Positions 27,042-35,368 of a DNA stretch of 64,000 bases are shown here, piece after piece. The DNA is from a virus: IMG/VR virus record IMGVR_UViG_3300029240_000001; one strand, given 5' to 3'. The notes beneath the pieces were generated by a model, which was not told the origin of the DNA, ran no database searches, and was given only the letters and a program-made list of their open reading frames with translations. The translations under genes and the position numbers were made by a program. How positions within the stretch are numbered: position 1 is the stretch's first letter; each line of letters opens with the position of its first letter.

Positions 27042-27374
27042 ATGTTGATTAATCGCAACAATAATGAGACTAAACATGTAAACTTTGTTTCTTACACTGG
27101 GGAATGGCCAAACCTGTGTAGCGGTGTGCTTACACTTGAGATTGACGGAAAGGAAATTACATTTGGTTATGGTTTCAACTCTAAAGATGAATCGACATAC
27201 AGTCCGTTTTGGAGCAGCGGTGGCGGTCTAATGCCAAATTATGATGGAGCATGGCAAGGTGAATGGCAAATTGATGTAGAGAGAATTCCAGAACAGTTCC
27301 GCAAATATGCAGCAGAAATTGATCAAGTGTTTAATGATAATGTTGAGTGGGGATGTTGTGGTGGATGTATTTAA
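27042..27374 (+). CDS. hypothetical protein (110 aa)
   Basis: AAAGGAG SD. Confidence 0.6.
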   Translation: MLINRNNNETKHVNFVSYTGEWPNLCSGVLTLEIDGKEITFGYGFNSKDESTYSPFWSSGGGLMPNYDGAWQGEWQIDVERIPEQFRKYAAEIDQVFNDNVEWGCCGGCI

Positions 27375-27375
27375 A

Positions 27376-27390
27376 ACGATACAAAATTAA
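27376..27390 (+). promoter_or_regulatory. conserved box variant ACGATACAAAATTAA
   Basis: Two mismatches; directly abuts the SD AAAGGAGG. Confidence 0.35.
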
Positions 27391-27404
27391 AGGAGGATTT
27401 AAAA

Positions 27405-27602
27405 ATGAAAATGACAGACATAGAGATTGAAAAGCTATGGGACGAGCTTGAAGATGTGCCTATCGACGAGGACGAACGTCTTGATGCTGATTGGCACGGT
27501 TAGAGTAAGGGAACTCACAGAGAAGAAATCTGGTATTGGTTTGACGAGCATCACAGCAAGGGTGTTGGTTGGCTAATGAATGAAAGAGAAACAGAGTATT
27601 AA
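27405..27602 (+). pseudogene. 65-codon reading frame with one in-frame TAG (27501-27503)
   Basis: MKMTDIEIEKLWDELEDVPIDEDERLDADWHG-TAG-SKGTHREEIWYWFDEHHSKGVGWLMNERETEY; AAAGGAGG SD; the second half has no start or SD of its own. Confidence 0.5.
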
Positions 27603-27615
27603 GGAGGAATTAAAT

Positions 27616-27972
27616 ATGAAACAAAGTGAGTGTATATCTGTTATTAATGAACTATTTAAAAAACACATTAAGACAAATGAACAAATTTTTAAGAGTTACA
27701 ATTATTGCGACCACAGAGCGTGTGATTTGATTATCAACTTTAAAAAAGAAGTTGAGAAGGCGGGGTTCAAATTCTCGAATTGCTATCATGCAAATGGAAT
27801 TGGAAACAATAACGATTATACAATCTATCTTGAATCACATGACAATGATGGTTTTGTAATCAAAAAGGAAATTGCAAATTTCTATTACTGTTACGGGATT
27901 TACGGAGGATGCTCCGTATATGTAAAAGACTTGGCGACAGGAAATAGCATTGCAATTAATAATGCAAGATAA
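27616..27972 (+). CDS. hypothetical protein (118 aa)
   Basis: Start moved to MKQSECIS (AAGGAGG SD). Confidence 0.6.
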   Translation: MKQSECISVINELFKKHIKTNEQIFKSYNYCDHRACDLIINFKKEVEKAGFKFSNCYHANGIGNNNDYTIYLESHDNDGFVIKKEIANFYYCYGIYGGCSVYVKDLATGNSIAINNAR

Positions 27973-27987
27973 AAGGAGGATTTAAAA

Positions 27988-28668
27988 TTGGGACTTGATA
28001 TGTATCTTAACAGAATGCCTCGTTACAAGAATGCTACGGCAAGCGAGGTAAGTGCAATTGAAAATTATTTTGATTGGATGAAAGCAAAGAAAGAAGGAAG
28101 TAAATATGCAGACTGCACACTTAAGGAATGGTGCAATATTGATGAAAGCGAGCTTCTGAGCAAGGATGTAATTGAATTTTATAAACCTTTCTACAAGAAA
28201 CGTTATTCTGCTTGGGACGCAGAGCATAAATATGGATACGATAGGATCATGGAGCAGGTTGGCTATTGGAGAAAAGCAAATCAGATTCATGCATTCTTCG
28301 TTGAAAACGTTCAGGATGGAGAGGATGATTGTGATTATCATCATGAGTGTACAAAGGAGATTCTTGAAAACCTTCTCGGTATCTGTAAAACAGTGCTTGA
28401 TTCTTGCACAATGATGTATGGGCAGGTGCATAATGGAGATAAGGGGACTCCTAATGGTTGGGAGCCGATTTATGAAGATGGCAAAGTGGTAATTGACTCA
28501 AGTGTTGCAGAGGAGTTGCTTCCTTGTTGTGGTGGATTCTTTTTTGGAGGGTGTGATTACGACGAGTATTATGTAAACGACATTGTTGACTCCATTAAGA
28601 TTCTTGAAAATGTTCTTGCCACCACTGACTTTGAAACGCAAGCTATTTATTACGTGAGTAGTTGGTAA
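27988..28668 (+). CDS. hypothetical protein (226 aa), TTG start
   Basis: AAAGGAGG 8 nt upstream of the TTG. Confidence 0.6.
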   Translation: MGLDMYLNRMPRYKNATASEVSAIENYFDWMKAKKEGSKYADCTLKEWCNIDESELLSKDVIEFYKPFYKKRYSAWDAEHKYGYDRIMEQVGYWRKANQIHAFFVENVQDGEDDCDYHHECTKEILENLLGICKTVLDSCTMMYGQVHNGDKGTPNGWEPIYEDGKVVIDSSVAEELLPCCGGFFFGGCDYDEYYVNDIVDSIKILENVLATTDFETQAIYYVSSW

Positions 28669-28712
28669 ACAATACAAAATTATTATTAAGGGGCTTGCAT
28701 AAAGCCCCTGTT
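28669..28712 (+). promoter_or_regulatory. conserved box ACAATACAAAATTAT followed by hairpin AGGGGCTT/AAGCCCCT
   Basis: Perfect core at 28669-28683; 8-bp stem at 28690-28711. Confidence 0.55.
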
Positions 28713-28733
28713 AATTAGAAAGGAGATAGTTAA

Positions 28734-28982
28734 ATGGAAAATGCTACAAAGAATTATCAAAAGCGTGAAGAAATTATGCATGAACTAAAAGCAATCCATG
28801 TTGACGTTGACACTTACACGACCATTACAGCAATGGAACTTCTTGGTCAACTGGTAACAGATAAATTTTGCCCTCATTGTCATGGAAAGCTCTTGCTGAG
28901 TGACCTGAAACAATATGATTATGTTTGTCCAGAATGTGACGAGAACTTCTATAGCGTGGAATGTGGGGAGGAAATGAAATGA
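28734..28982 (+). CDS. zinc-ribbon protein (82 aa)
   Basis: CPHC...CPEC; AAAGGAG SD. Confidence 0.6.
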   Translation: MENATKNYQKREEIMHELKAIHVDVDTYTTITAMELLGQLVTDKFCPHCHGKLLLSDLKQYDYVCPECDENFYSVECGEEMK

Positions 28983-29377
28983 AAACAATTGAAAAGACAA
29001 CTACTATTTATCAAGCACTTGACGGAAAGGAATTTGCAGACAAAATTGATTGTGCGAATTATGAGGCAGAAAAGTACAAGGACATTAATCTTTGGCATTT
29101 CGACTTTGCTGTTCCATATGGAGATGACGGTCTTTATTATTGGACTGCTTACAAGGTAAATTCAGAAAATGAATTTAATATGCTTATGGCATATCTCAAA
29201 TACAACAACGATGATCTATATGGAATTGAGAAGTATGCAGGAGCTGGCTGGTACGCAGTACAGTTTCATGTAGATAGTGTGTGGGCTGATGTAAAAATGC
29301 TTAGTCAAGTCGTAAAGGATTTCACAAATATGCTTGCAGAACTCGCAGAAAAGACAATGGATTTTGAGGAGGAATAA
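28979..29377 (+). CDS. hypothetical protein (132 aa)
   Basis: Start moved to MKTIEKTT, ATGA overlap with the upstream stop. Confidence 0.6.
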   Translation: MKTIEKTTTIYQALDGKEFADKIDCANYEAEKYKDINLWHFDFAVPYGDDGLYYWTAYKVNSENEFNMLMAYLKYNNDDLYGIEKYAGAGWYAVQFHVDSVWADVKMLSQVVKDFTNMLAELAEKTMDFEEE

Positions 29378-29380
29378 ATC

Positions 29381-29602
29381 ATGGGAAACGAATTTCAATA
29401 TCAAATGCTTGATCGTATGAGGTCAGACTGTGAATATTTTTTGGGATATGGAAACAGATGCACAAAAGATTTATGGGGTAAAAGTGTGGATAAGCACATT
29501 AAAGCAATGAGAAGAATCTGGAATGAACTTAAAGAGAAGCCTGAGTGGTTGAGCTTGGAACAAATTAACGAGTATGAAAGAAAAATGAAGGAGGAAAATT
29601 AA
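29381..29602 (+). CDS. hypothetical protein (73 aa)
   Basis: GAGGAGG SD. Confidence 0.6.
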   Translation: MGNEFQYQMLDRMRSDCEYFLGYGNRCTKDLWGKSVDKHIKAMRRIWNELKEKPEWLSLEQINEYERKMKEEN

Positions 29603-30070
29603 ATGATAACAAGATATTGGGTAAATTGTTTTGAAAGAGAACTATGTATTGAATGGGACGATGCATACAAGCATCTTGAAAAGGAAATTCTTGATATGCT
29701 TGATGGTTACTATTTCGAATGGCATAGCGTAGAAGAAATTGAAGACCCTGAGTACAGAGCATATGTGGAAGACTCATGTTGTGAAGAATTTATGATGACT
29801 CGCCTAAGTGAAACCTACAACATGTGGGATTCGTGGTGGGTTGAAGGAGATGAAGACGAGAACGGGAATGAAATGCCGACGTACAAAACTCATAATCATG
29901 GCTATATTGCGTATAGCAGAGCACTTGAACTATTGAATAATACAATTAACTATTGTTCCGACAACGGAAATGTAGAACTTGCCGTTGTGCGTAGAGATTT
30001 GGATGCCATTGGGTTTACCAATGAAGAGCTTAAATGGCTTGGATATCATTGGCTTGTGGAGGATATGTAA
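29603..30070 (+). CDS. hypothetical acidic protein (155 aa)
   Basis: AAGGAGG SD. Confidence 0.6.
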   Translation: MITRYWVNCFERELCIEWDDAYKHLEKEILDMLDGYYFEWHSVEEIEDPEYRAYVEDSCCEEFMMTRLSETYNMWDSWWVEGDEDENGNEMPTYKTHNHGYIAYSRALELLNNTINYCSDNGNVELAVVRRDLDAIGFTNEELKWLGYHWLVEDM

Positions 30071-30071
30071 A

Positions 30072-30326
30072 ATGAAAGACTATGCTGTTGTATTTACCTA
30101 TTCGTTCGATACTGACGTTGCCGTGTATCTGTTTGACACATTGTTGGAAGCAAGGGAATTTCTGTTCAAGTCGTACAAAGAGGAACTGCGTATTGATACA
30201 GAAGAAAATGGATGGAGCTCGGAAGGTTATATTCAGGAAGACGGAATGTATGCGAAGATTACCAATCATTTTCAGGATGAAGATGATGATGTAACGGAAT
30301 TTCACATTGCAAATGTTTATTACTAA
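30072..30326 (+). CDS. hypothetical protein (84 aa)
   Basis: Start moved to MKDYAVVF, 1 nt after the upstream stop. Confidence 0.55.
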   Translation: MKDYAVVFTYSFDTDVAVYLFDTLLEAREFLFKSYKEELRIDTEENGWSSEGYIQEDGMYAKITNHFQDEDDDVTEFHIANVYY

Positions 30327-30340
30327 TGGAGGTATATAAA

Positions 30341-30565
30341 ATGAAGACTTGGAAAATCCCTGTATGCTGGACAATGATGGGGACTGTTGAAGTAGAGGCT
30401 AGTACATTGGATGAGGCAATTGAAATCGCAATAGATGACGATGGGGTTATTCCTATTCCAGATGATGGTACATTTCTTGACGGTTCTTGGGAAGTAGATT
30501 GCTTTGACGAGGATTATCTGCGTGAATGGTATAACGGAAATCAGGCGGATGAGGAGGTAAAGTAA
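30341..30565 (+). CDS. hypothetical acidic protein (74 aa)
   Basis: Start moved to MKTWKIPV (TGGAGG SD). Confidence 0.55.
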   Translation: MKTWKIPVCWTMMGTVEVEASTLDEAIEIAIDDDGVIPIPDDGTFLDGSWEVDCFDEDYLREWYNGNQADEEVK

Positions 30566-30765
30566 TGGTACATTTCATGGGATGTGACAAGGACAATGAT
30601 GTTTATGATGAACTAAACAAAGGCGATAAGCAACAAATGGAATCACTTGCGAAAAGAGTTGCAGAAAAACATAAAGTCACAGAACTCAGAAGCAGTTGTG
30701 GAGATCCATATGATTGGTTTGAGTTGTGGGACGATGAAGATGAAGATTATATTAAATATCTATAA
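30565..30765 (+). CDS. hypothetical acidic protein (66 aa)
   Basis: GAGGAGG SD; overlaps the upstream stop. Confidence 0.55.
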   Translation: MVHFMGCDKDNDVYDELNKGDKQQMESLAKRVAEKHKVTELRSSCGDPYDWFELWDDEDEDYIKYL

Positions 30766-30766
30766 G

Positions 30767-30787
30767 GGAGCCATGTGGCTCCTTTTT
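30767..30787 (+). terminator. intrinsic terminator
   Basis: GGAGCC-ATGT-GGCTCC followed by TTTTT. Confidence 0.7.
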
Positions 30788-30789
30788 AC

Positions 30790-30818
30790 TTGACACAATA
30801 CAAAATTATTGATATAAT
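30790..30818 (+). promoter_or_regulatory. sigmaA-type promoter TTGACA-N17-TATAAT whose spacer is the conserved box
   Basis: TTGACA at 30790-30795, box at 30795-30809, TATAAT at 30813-30818. Confidence 0.75.
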
Positions 30819-30835
30819 AGAAAAGGAGAAATATT

Positions 30836-31522
30836 ATGACAAAAGAAAAGAAATTCTTGACTAAAGAAGAGTATGTTGATTATCTTGCCAACAAGTCAAA
30901 TGAAGTGCATCTGAGTACATCAAACAGAAAGACCGGTGGATGCTGCAACGACTTGGCTTTTCCAACTTGTACGTGTCGTGAGGACGCACCTTGTAAACAT
31001 GGCGGTTGCTATTGTATGAAGGGAACGCAGCAAATGAGTTCTGTTTTGGCAGCATATGCAAGAAATCTCAGACTGTACAACACGGATCCACAGGATTTTT
31101 GGGAACAGGTTGCGTTCAAGGTGAAGCATAATCCGCTTCCACTATTTAGATTCTTTGATGCTGGGGATGTACCCGATTATGATTTCTTCTGTGGAATGGT
31201 CGAACTTGCAAGGCAATTTCCTGATATTAAGTTCATGTCGTTCACGAAAAAATATAGCATTGTGAACAAGTGGCTTACTGAGAACGGAGATCTGCCAGAC
31301 AATCTCAATATTATTTTCTCTGCATGGCATATTGGATGGAAGGTAGAGAATCCGTTTGGTCTTCCTGTTGCATATGTGGATTTTAAAGACAAAACTCTGA
31401 ATCCTGAATTCCCAAAAGAAATTACTAGTTGTCCGAATCAAAAGGATAAGACAATTACGTGCAGTAGCTGCCGCAAATGTTGGGACAAGAGAATTGAAGC
31501 GGTTAAATTTATTCAGCACTAA
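30836..31522 (+). CDS. Cys-rich hypothetical protein (228 aa)
   Basis: AAAGGAG SD; N-terminal cluster GGCCNDLAFPTCTCREDAPCKHGGCYC, C-terminal CPN..CSSCRKC. Confidence 0.6.
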   Translation: MTKEKKFLTKEEYVDYLANKSNEVHLSTSNRKTGGCCNDLAFPTCTCREDAPCKHGGCYCMKGTQQMSSVLAAYARNLRLYNTDPQDFWEQVAFKVKHNPLPLFRFFDAGDVPDYDFFCGMVELARQFPDIKFMSFTKKYSIVNKWLTENGDLPDNLNIIFSAWHIGWKVENPFGLPVAYVDFKDKTLNPEFPKEITSCPNQKDKTITCSSCRKCWDKRIEAVKFIQH

Positions 31523-31536
31523 CAATACAAAATTAT
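31522..31536 (+). promoter_or_regulatory. conserved box ACAATACAAAATTAT
   Basis: Perfect core overlapping the stop codon of the upstream gene. Confidence 0.5.
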
Positions 31537-31545
31537 TTTAAGGGT

Positions 31546-31728
31546 GTGGTATTAGTGATTATTTGTAGAAAATGTCATAAAGCAAATGACACATACAAGG
31601 AAGCAGAATTTGATTATTGGCAATGGTTTGACGCAACAGAGAATTTTGACGATCCACATGGCCGCTTCTGTGATGTATGTGGAAAAGAGTTTGAAGATGG
31701 TGAGGCAGTAATTCTAGTTAACGAATAA
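31546..31728 (+). CDS. small zinc-ribbon protein (~57-60 aa; GTG start uncertain)
   Basis: CRKCH...CDVCG. Confidence 0.5.
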   Translation: MVLVIICRKCHKANDTYKEAEFDYWQWFDATENFDDPHGRFCDVCGKEFEDGEAVILVNE

Positions 31729-31750
31729 CAGAAAGGAAATGACATAATTT

Positions 31751-32305
31751 ATGACAGTCGATATTTACAACACTGGGAATAAGTACAAAACCATTTATAT
31801 GGATCCACCTTGGGCAGAGCAGGGTGGCGGCAAAATCAAACGTGGTGCAGATAGACACTATCCACTTATGAAGACAAAAGATATTGCACAGCTCCCAATA
31901 AAAGAATTGGCAGACCCAGATGGTTGTCATGTTTATATGTGGGTAACTAATAATTTCCTCAAAGACGGACTGTGGCTACTTGAACAATGGGGATTTGAAT
32001 ATATAACTATGATTACATGGGTTAAAGATAGGCAAGGGCTTGGGCAGTATTACAGAGGGTTGTCTGAGTCTTGTTTATTCGCCACAACAAAAAAGCGTTT
32101 GCCATATAAGTTAGATGAAAACGGAAAGCGTTGTCAGGGAGTTACGGCATTTTTTGAACCGAAACGAGAGCATAGTCGTAAGCCTATAAAAATGAGAGAA
32201 ATGATTGAAAATGTAAGCCATTCCCCCAGAATCGAACTTTTTGCCAGAGAATCTTTTGATGGTTGGGATAATTGGGGGAATGAAATTAAGGAGGAAAATG
32301 AATGA
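31751..32305 (+). CDS. MT-A70-family N6-adenine DNA methyltransferase
   Basis: YMDPPW catalytic motif near the N-terminus, RHYPLM, GLGQYYRGLSESCLFATTK downstream. Confidence 0.85.
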   Translation: MTVDIYNTGNKYKTIYMDPPWAEQGGGKIKRGADRHYPLMKTKDIAQLPIKELADPDGCHVYMWVTNNFLKDGLWLLEQWGFEYITMITWVKDRQGLGQYYRGLSESCLFATTKKRLPYKLDENGKRCQGVTAFFEPKREHSRKPIKMREMIENVSHSPRIELFARESFDGWDNWGNEIKEENE

Positions 32306-32529
32306 ACAAATATCAATATTATGTAAATGGAAAGCCAGTATCAAGAAAGGAAATGATGGTAGAACTTAAGAACAAGTGCTATAAAATTCTACACACTGAA
32401 TACATTGGCGACATTGGAATCAATACAACAGAAACAGATGAAAAGAAGTTCAATAGTTTTATGAGAAAGATTGAGCAAGGGCACATTGTGCTGATTGATA
32501 ATAAAACTTTCCGAAGAAAGAAAATTTAA
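32302..32529 (+). CDS. hypothetical protein (75 aa)
   Basis: AAGGAGG SD; ATGA overlap. Confidence 0.6.
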   Translation: MNKYQYYVNGKPVSRKEMMVELKNKCYKILHTEYIGDIGINTTETDEKKFNSFMRKIEQGHIVLIDNKTFRRKKI

Positions 32530-32545
32530 GAAGGAAGAAGAAAAA

Positions 32546-32800
32546 ATGATTTATGTAAGTGCTGATTTTCAATGTCCTGTTACTGGAGTGCCGGTTATCC
32601 TTATATGGAATGAAGATACTTGTGTTGTAACAGCAAAGATTTGTGATTTCGTATGGACAACATGGAAAGAAGATAATCCGCTAGACAGCAATGAAGATTT
32701 AGAAAAGGAAACAAATAAATGGTGCCAGCGATTTTATGGATACGCAACCTCTTTTGAGGAAGCAAATGATATCGCAGAAAAGTATGATTGCTGGTTTTAG
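32546..32800 (+). CDS. hypothetical protein (84 aa), ends TAG-TAG
   Basis: Start moved to MIYVSADF. Confidence 0.55.
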   Translation: MIYVSADFQCPVTGVPVILIWNEDTCVVTAKICDFVWTTWKEDNPLDSNEDLEKETNKWCQRFYGYATSFEEANDIAEKYDCWF

Positions 32801-32812
32801 TAGAGGTGGAGG

Positions 32813-32977
32813 ATGGAATATTATATTAAACAAATTGACAAAGCAAAGGACATTGATGAACTAATAGAAATTGTCGAAGAACATGCAGCATTTGACGATG
32901 GAATCACTAACAAAGAATATTGCGAGATTGTTGAGTACGCCAATATGAAAATTAAAGCTTGGAGGTATGGAAAATGA
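32813..32977 (+). CDS. small hypothetical protein (54 aa, below cutoff)
   Basis: Hand-translated MEYYIKQIDKAKDIDELIEIVEEH...; GGTGGAGG SD. Confidence 0.5.
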   Translation: MEYYIKQIDKAKDIDELIEIVEEHAAFDDGITNKEYCEIVEYANMKIKAWRYGK

Positions 32978-33366
32978 AATTTAATTGGAACGGATTTACC
33001 GAAGAAGATTTCGTTGATTACTGTGCAAAAATGGAAAATAATCAAGTCTGTGACGGTGATTTTATCGGATGCGTAACTGTTGGTGATTTATGTTTCGACC
33101 TTATCGTAAGAGAAAACGGCAACGAACTTATGCTTGATTATGATTTGTACATCGGGGGAGTCGACGATGGGTATGGATACGGAAAAGACAATTATCCTTA
33201 TACCGAAGGTGGTGGCGGCAGTTTCGAGGAATCAATGATTGGCTACACATACGAGACTTTTATGAAAATAGCCGAATCTAAATTTGAAGATTTTATTATG
33301 AATAGCCATTTCTCAAGTAAATATAATCTTGTAGAAAAGGCAAATAACCCGCTTCATATTTGGTAA
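32974..33366 (+). CDS. hypothetical protein (130 aa)
   Basis: Start moved to MKFNWNGF (TGGAGG SD, ATGA overlap). Confidence 0.6.
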   Translation: MKFNWNGFTEEDFVDYCAKMENNQVCDGDFIGCVTVGDLCFDLIVRENGNELMLDYDLYIGGVDDGYGYGKDNYPYTEGGGGSFEESMIGYTYETFMKIAESKFEDFIMNSHFSSKYNLVEKANNPLHIW

Positions 33367-33378
33367 GGAGACTTTAAA

Positions 33379-33540
33379 ATGAAAACATTTGTATTTGCAA
33401 TTTACTTGAACAACAGCGATTTGGTAGAAATTAAACTTACTGCGGAAAATTATGGATATGCAGTGTCAAAGGTTAAACAAATTCTTCATAATTATGTGGA
33501 CACAAAAGTTACTGGTTTATATCTTAATGATGAATATTAA
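33379..33540 (+). CDS. small hypothetical protein (53 aa, below cutoff)
   Basis: Hand-translated MKTFVFAIYLNNSDLVEIKLT...; AAGGAG SD. Confidence 0.5.
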   Translation: MKTFVFAIYLNNSDLVEIKLTAENYGYAVSKVKQILHNYVDTKVTGLYLNDEY

Positions 33541-33567
33541 GAGATTTTTGGAAAATAAGGAGGATAA

Positions 33568-33834
33568 ATGATTACTAAAATTATTAAGATGGCTCCTAAG
33601 AGATACTATATTATTGATGGGGTTGAATTCCCGGCTAACAGTCTCTTTTGTACTCTAGAAACTATTATAGAAGGAGATCCTGAAGACTTAGAATATTACT
33701 TTTATGATGTTGCTGAAAAATTGGCCAACCTTGGTTATCTTGTAGAGAAGTCTGGTTATCATGAGGATATTGTATATTACGATACAGAAGATAAAAAGGC
33801 AGAAGCACTTTTCAAGGAAATTTTAAAAATGTAA
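33568..33834 (+). CDS. hypothetical protein (88 aa)
   Basis: AAGGAGG SD. Confidence 0.6.
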   Translation: MITKIIKMAPKRYYIIDGVEFPANSLFCTLETIIEGDPEDLEYYFYDVAEKLANLGYLVEKSGYHEDIVYYDTEDKKAEALFKEILKM

Positions 33835-33837
33835 GCA

Positions 33838-33866
33838 AGAGGCTCGTGAACAACGAGTCTCTTTTT
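33838..33866 (+). terminator. intrinsic terminator
   Basis: AGAGGCTCGT/ACGAGTCTCT stem then TTTT. Confidence 0.7.
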
Positions 33867-33886
33867 AATTAGAAAGGAAATTAATT

Positions 33887-34255
33887 ATGAAAAACTGGTG
33901 GCGCATCCCGGCAACACAAGATGCAGAGTATGATGAATACGATTACTATTATACGGAACTTCCGAAAAATGAAGCGAAATGGGAGTGGTATTACAAAAAA
34001 TGCGATAGTTGTGGAAAGTATCATCGGTTGAATTTCTACTCTAATCAGTGGTTTTATACTATGGATGGTGGAGATTCGCTTGATTATACAAGCTGCTGGA
34101 AATGTGAGCTTGGTGATATGATTTGGGGTGTTAAGAATAAAATTAAAAAGGAAATTGAGGCACATAAACTTGCATTTTCTCTGCTGAATAGAAAGCATTC
34201 TATTAAGAGAAATATTGAACATTATAAACTTGGGCTTAAGATTGCTAGGAGTTGA
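33887..34255 (+). CDS. hypothetical protein with CxxC..CxxC (122 aa)
   Basis: AAAGGAA SD; CDSCGK...CWKCE. Confidence 0.6.
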   Translation: MKNWWRIPATQDAEYDEYDYYYTELPKNEAKWEWYYKKCDSCGKYHRLNFYSNQWFYTMDGGDSLDYTSCWKCELGDMIWGVKNKIKKEIEAHKLAFSLLNRKHSIKRNIEHYKLGLKIARS

Positions 34256-34283
34256 GGCTCGTAAATAACGGGCCTCTTTTTTT
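34254..34283 (+). terminator. intrinsic terminator
   Basis: GAGGCTCG/CGGGCCTC stem then TTTTTTT. Confidence 0.7.
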
Positions 34284-34300
34284 ATTGAAAGGAGATTAAT

Positions 34301-34528
34301 ATGGAAATACACTATGTAGGTAAAAAAGCTTTTCGACAACGACTTGCAGAATTTACTTATGACGACAAAGAAGAAGATAGATTCTTCGCGATTGCAAATG
34401 CAATGGAAGTGAAAGGATGGAATATTGATGTAGGAGTGCAAAATTGGGCTGCAATTGAAGTTGTTGATCGTAATGAATATGAAGAAGTAAAGTCAGATTG
34501 GATAGATTTAAAAAAAGCAATTAAATAA
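34301..34528 (+). CDS. hypothetical protein (75 aa)
   Basis: AAAGGAG SD. Confidence 0.6.
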   Translation: MEIHYVGKKAFRQRLAEFTYDDKEEDRFFAIANAMEVKGWNIDVGVQNWAAIEVVDRNEYEEVKSDWIDLKKAIK

Positions 34529-34575
34529 ATTAACAGAATATTATTTATACACAAAATATATTTTGATGAACAGTC

Positions 34576-34604
34576 TTGACAAAACAAAATTATAGCGTTA
34601 TAAT
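34576..34604 (+). promoter_or_regulatory. sigmaA-type promoter TTGACA-N17-TATAAT containing box variant ACAAAACAAAATTATAG
   Basis: TTGACA at 34576-34581, TATAAT at 34599-34604. Confidence 0.7.
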
Positions 34605-34651
34605 CATAATAACAAATGAATGATTATAGTTTTTGAATGGAGGTATTCCTT

Positions 34652-34882
34652 ATGAACAACCAACGCAGAAAAAAAATAGAAATTCTATCCACGGAAATTG
34701 AAAAACTTAGTAATCGTATCCAAGATATTTGTGATGAGGAACAAGAATGCTTGGATAATATGCCAGAAAATCTACAAGGAACTGACAGGTATAGCAAGGC
34801 AGAAGAATGCTGTGAACAGCTTGAAGAATGTATTGATTTGCTTAGTGAAGTGATTGACATCATGGAGGAGGTCGTAACGTAA
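34652..34882 (+). CDS. coiled-coil acidic protein (76 aa)
   Basis: Start moved to MNNQRRKK (TGGAGG SD). Confidence 0.55.
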   Translation: MNNQRRKKIEILSTEIEKLSNRIQDICDEEQECLDNMPENLQGTDRYSKAEECCEQLEECIDLLSEVIDIMEEVVT

Positions 34883-35365
34883 ATGAATAATGGCATCATG
34901 TGTGATTATTTTGACTATGACGGAATTAGATATTATGCTGGTTCAAAATTTAAATGTAACAATTTTGTAAAGACAAACGTTCAACTTTTTCCAGAAATTG
35001 AAGTCACATTTGTCAAGTATAATAAGAAGTCTAATATTTGCCGCATTCGCAGTAATGTTGCTATGTGTGAATTTGAGTTCGCGCTTAGTACTTTTACAGA
35101 CAATATTATTTGCGTCACTTGTCCTAAGACAAAAGAAGTTGTAAATAAAACAAATGAAAAATATGAAAATGACAAACAATATTATCACTGGGTCGAAGAC
35201 GGAGAAGACTGTTATAAGGCAAAGCCAGATGCCATTGGACTAGGTTGGGTGTGGTACATTTCTCTTATGGTAGTTGCGACGATCTTCAAGGGAGCTCTTG
35301 GTCTCTGGGCTCTTATTACGTTTGTTTTTGTAAGATGGAGAAAAAAGAAAATTAAGGAGGGATAA
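34883..35365 (+). CDS. hypothetical protein with C-terminal TM anchor (160 aa)
   Basis: GGAGGAGG SD; GLGWVWYISLMVVATIFKGALGLWALITFVFV. Confidence 0.6.
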   Translation: MNNGIMCDYFDYDGIRYYAGSKFKCNNFVKTNVQLFPEIEVTFVKYNKKSNICRIRSNVAMCEFEFALSTFTDNIICVTCPKTKEVVNKTNEKYENDKQYYHWVEDGEDCYKAKPDAIGLGWVWYISLMVVATIFKGALGLWALITFVFVRWRKKKIKEG

Positions 35366-35368
35366 AAA

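Noticed and set aside
32798-32815. TAG-TAG followed in frame by the next small ORF (possible read-through fusion)
   Set aside because: A tandem double stop argues for true termination. The downstream ORF has its own GGTGGAGG SD and ATG, and sharing the frame is a 1-in-3 coincidence.
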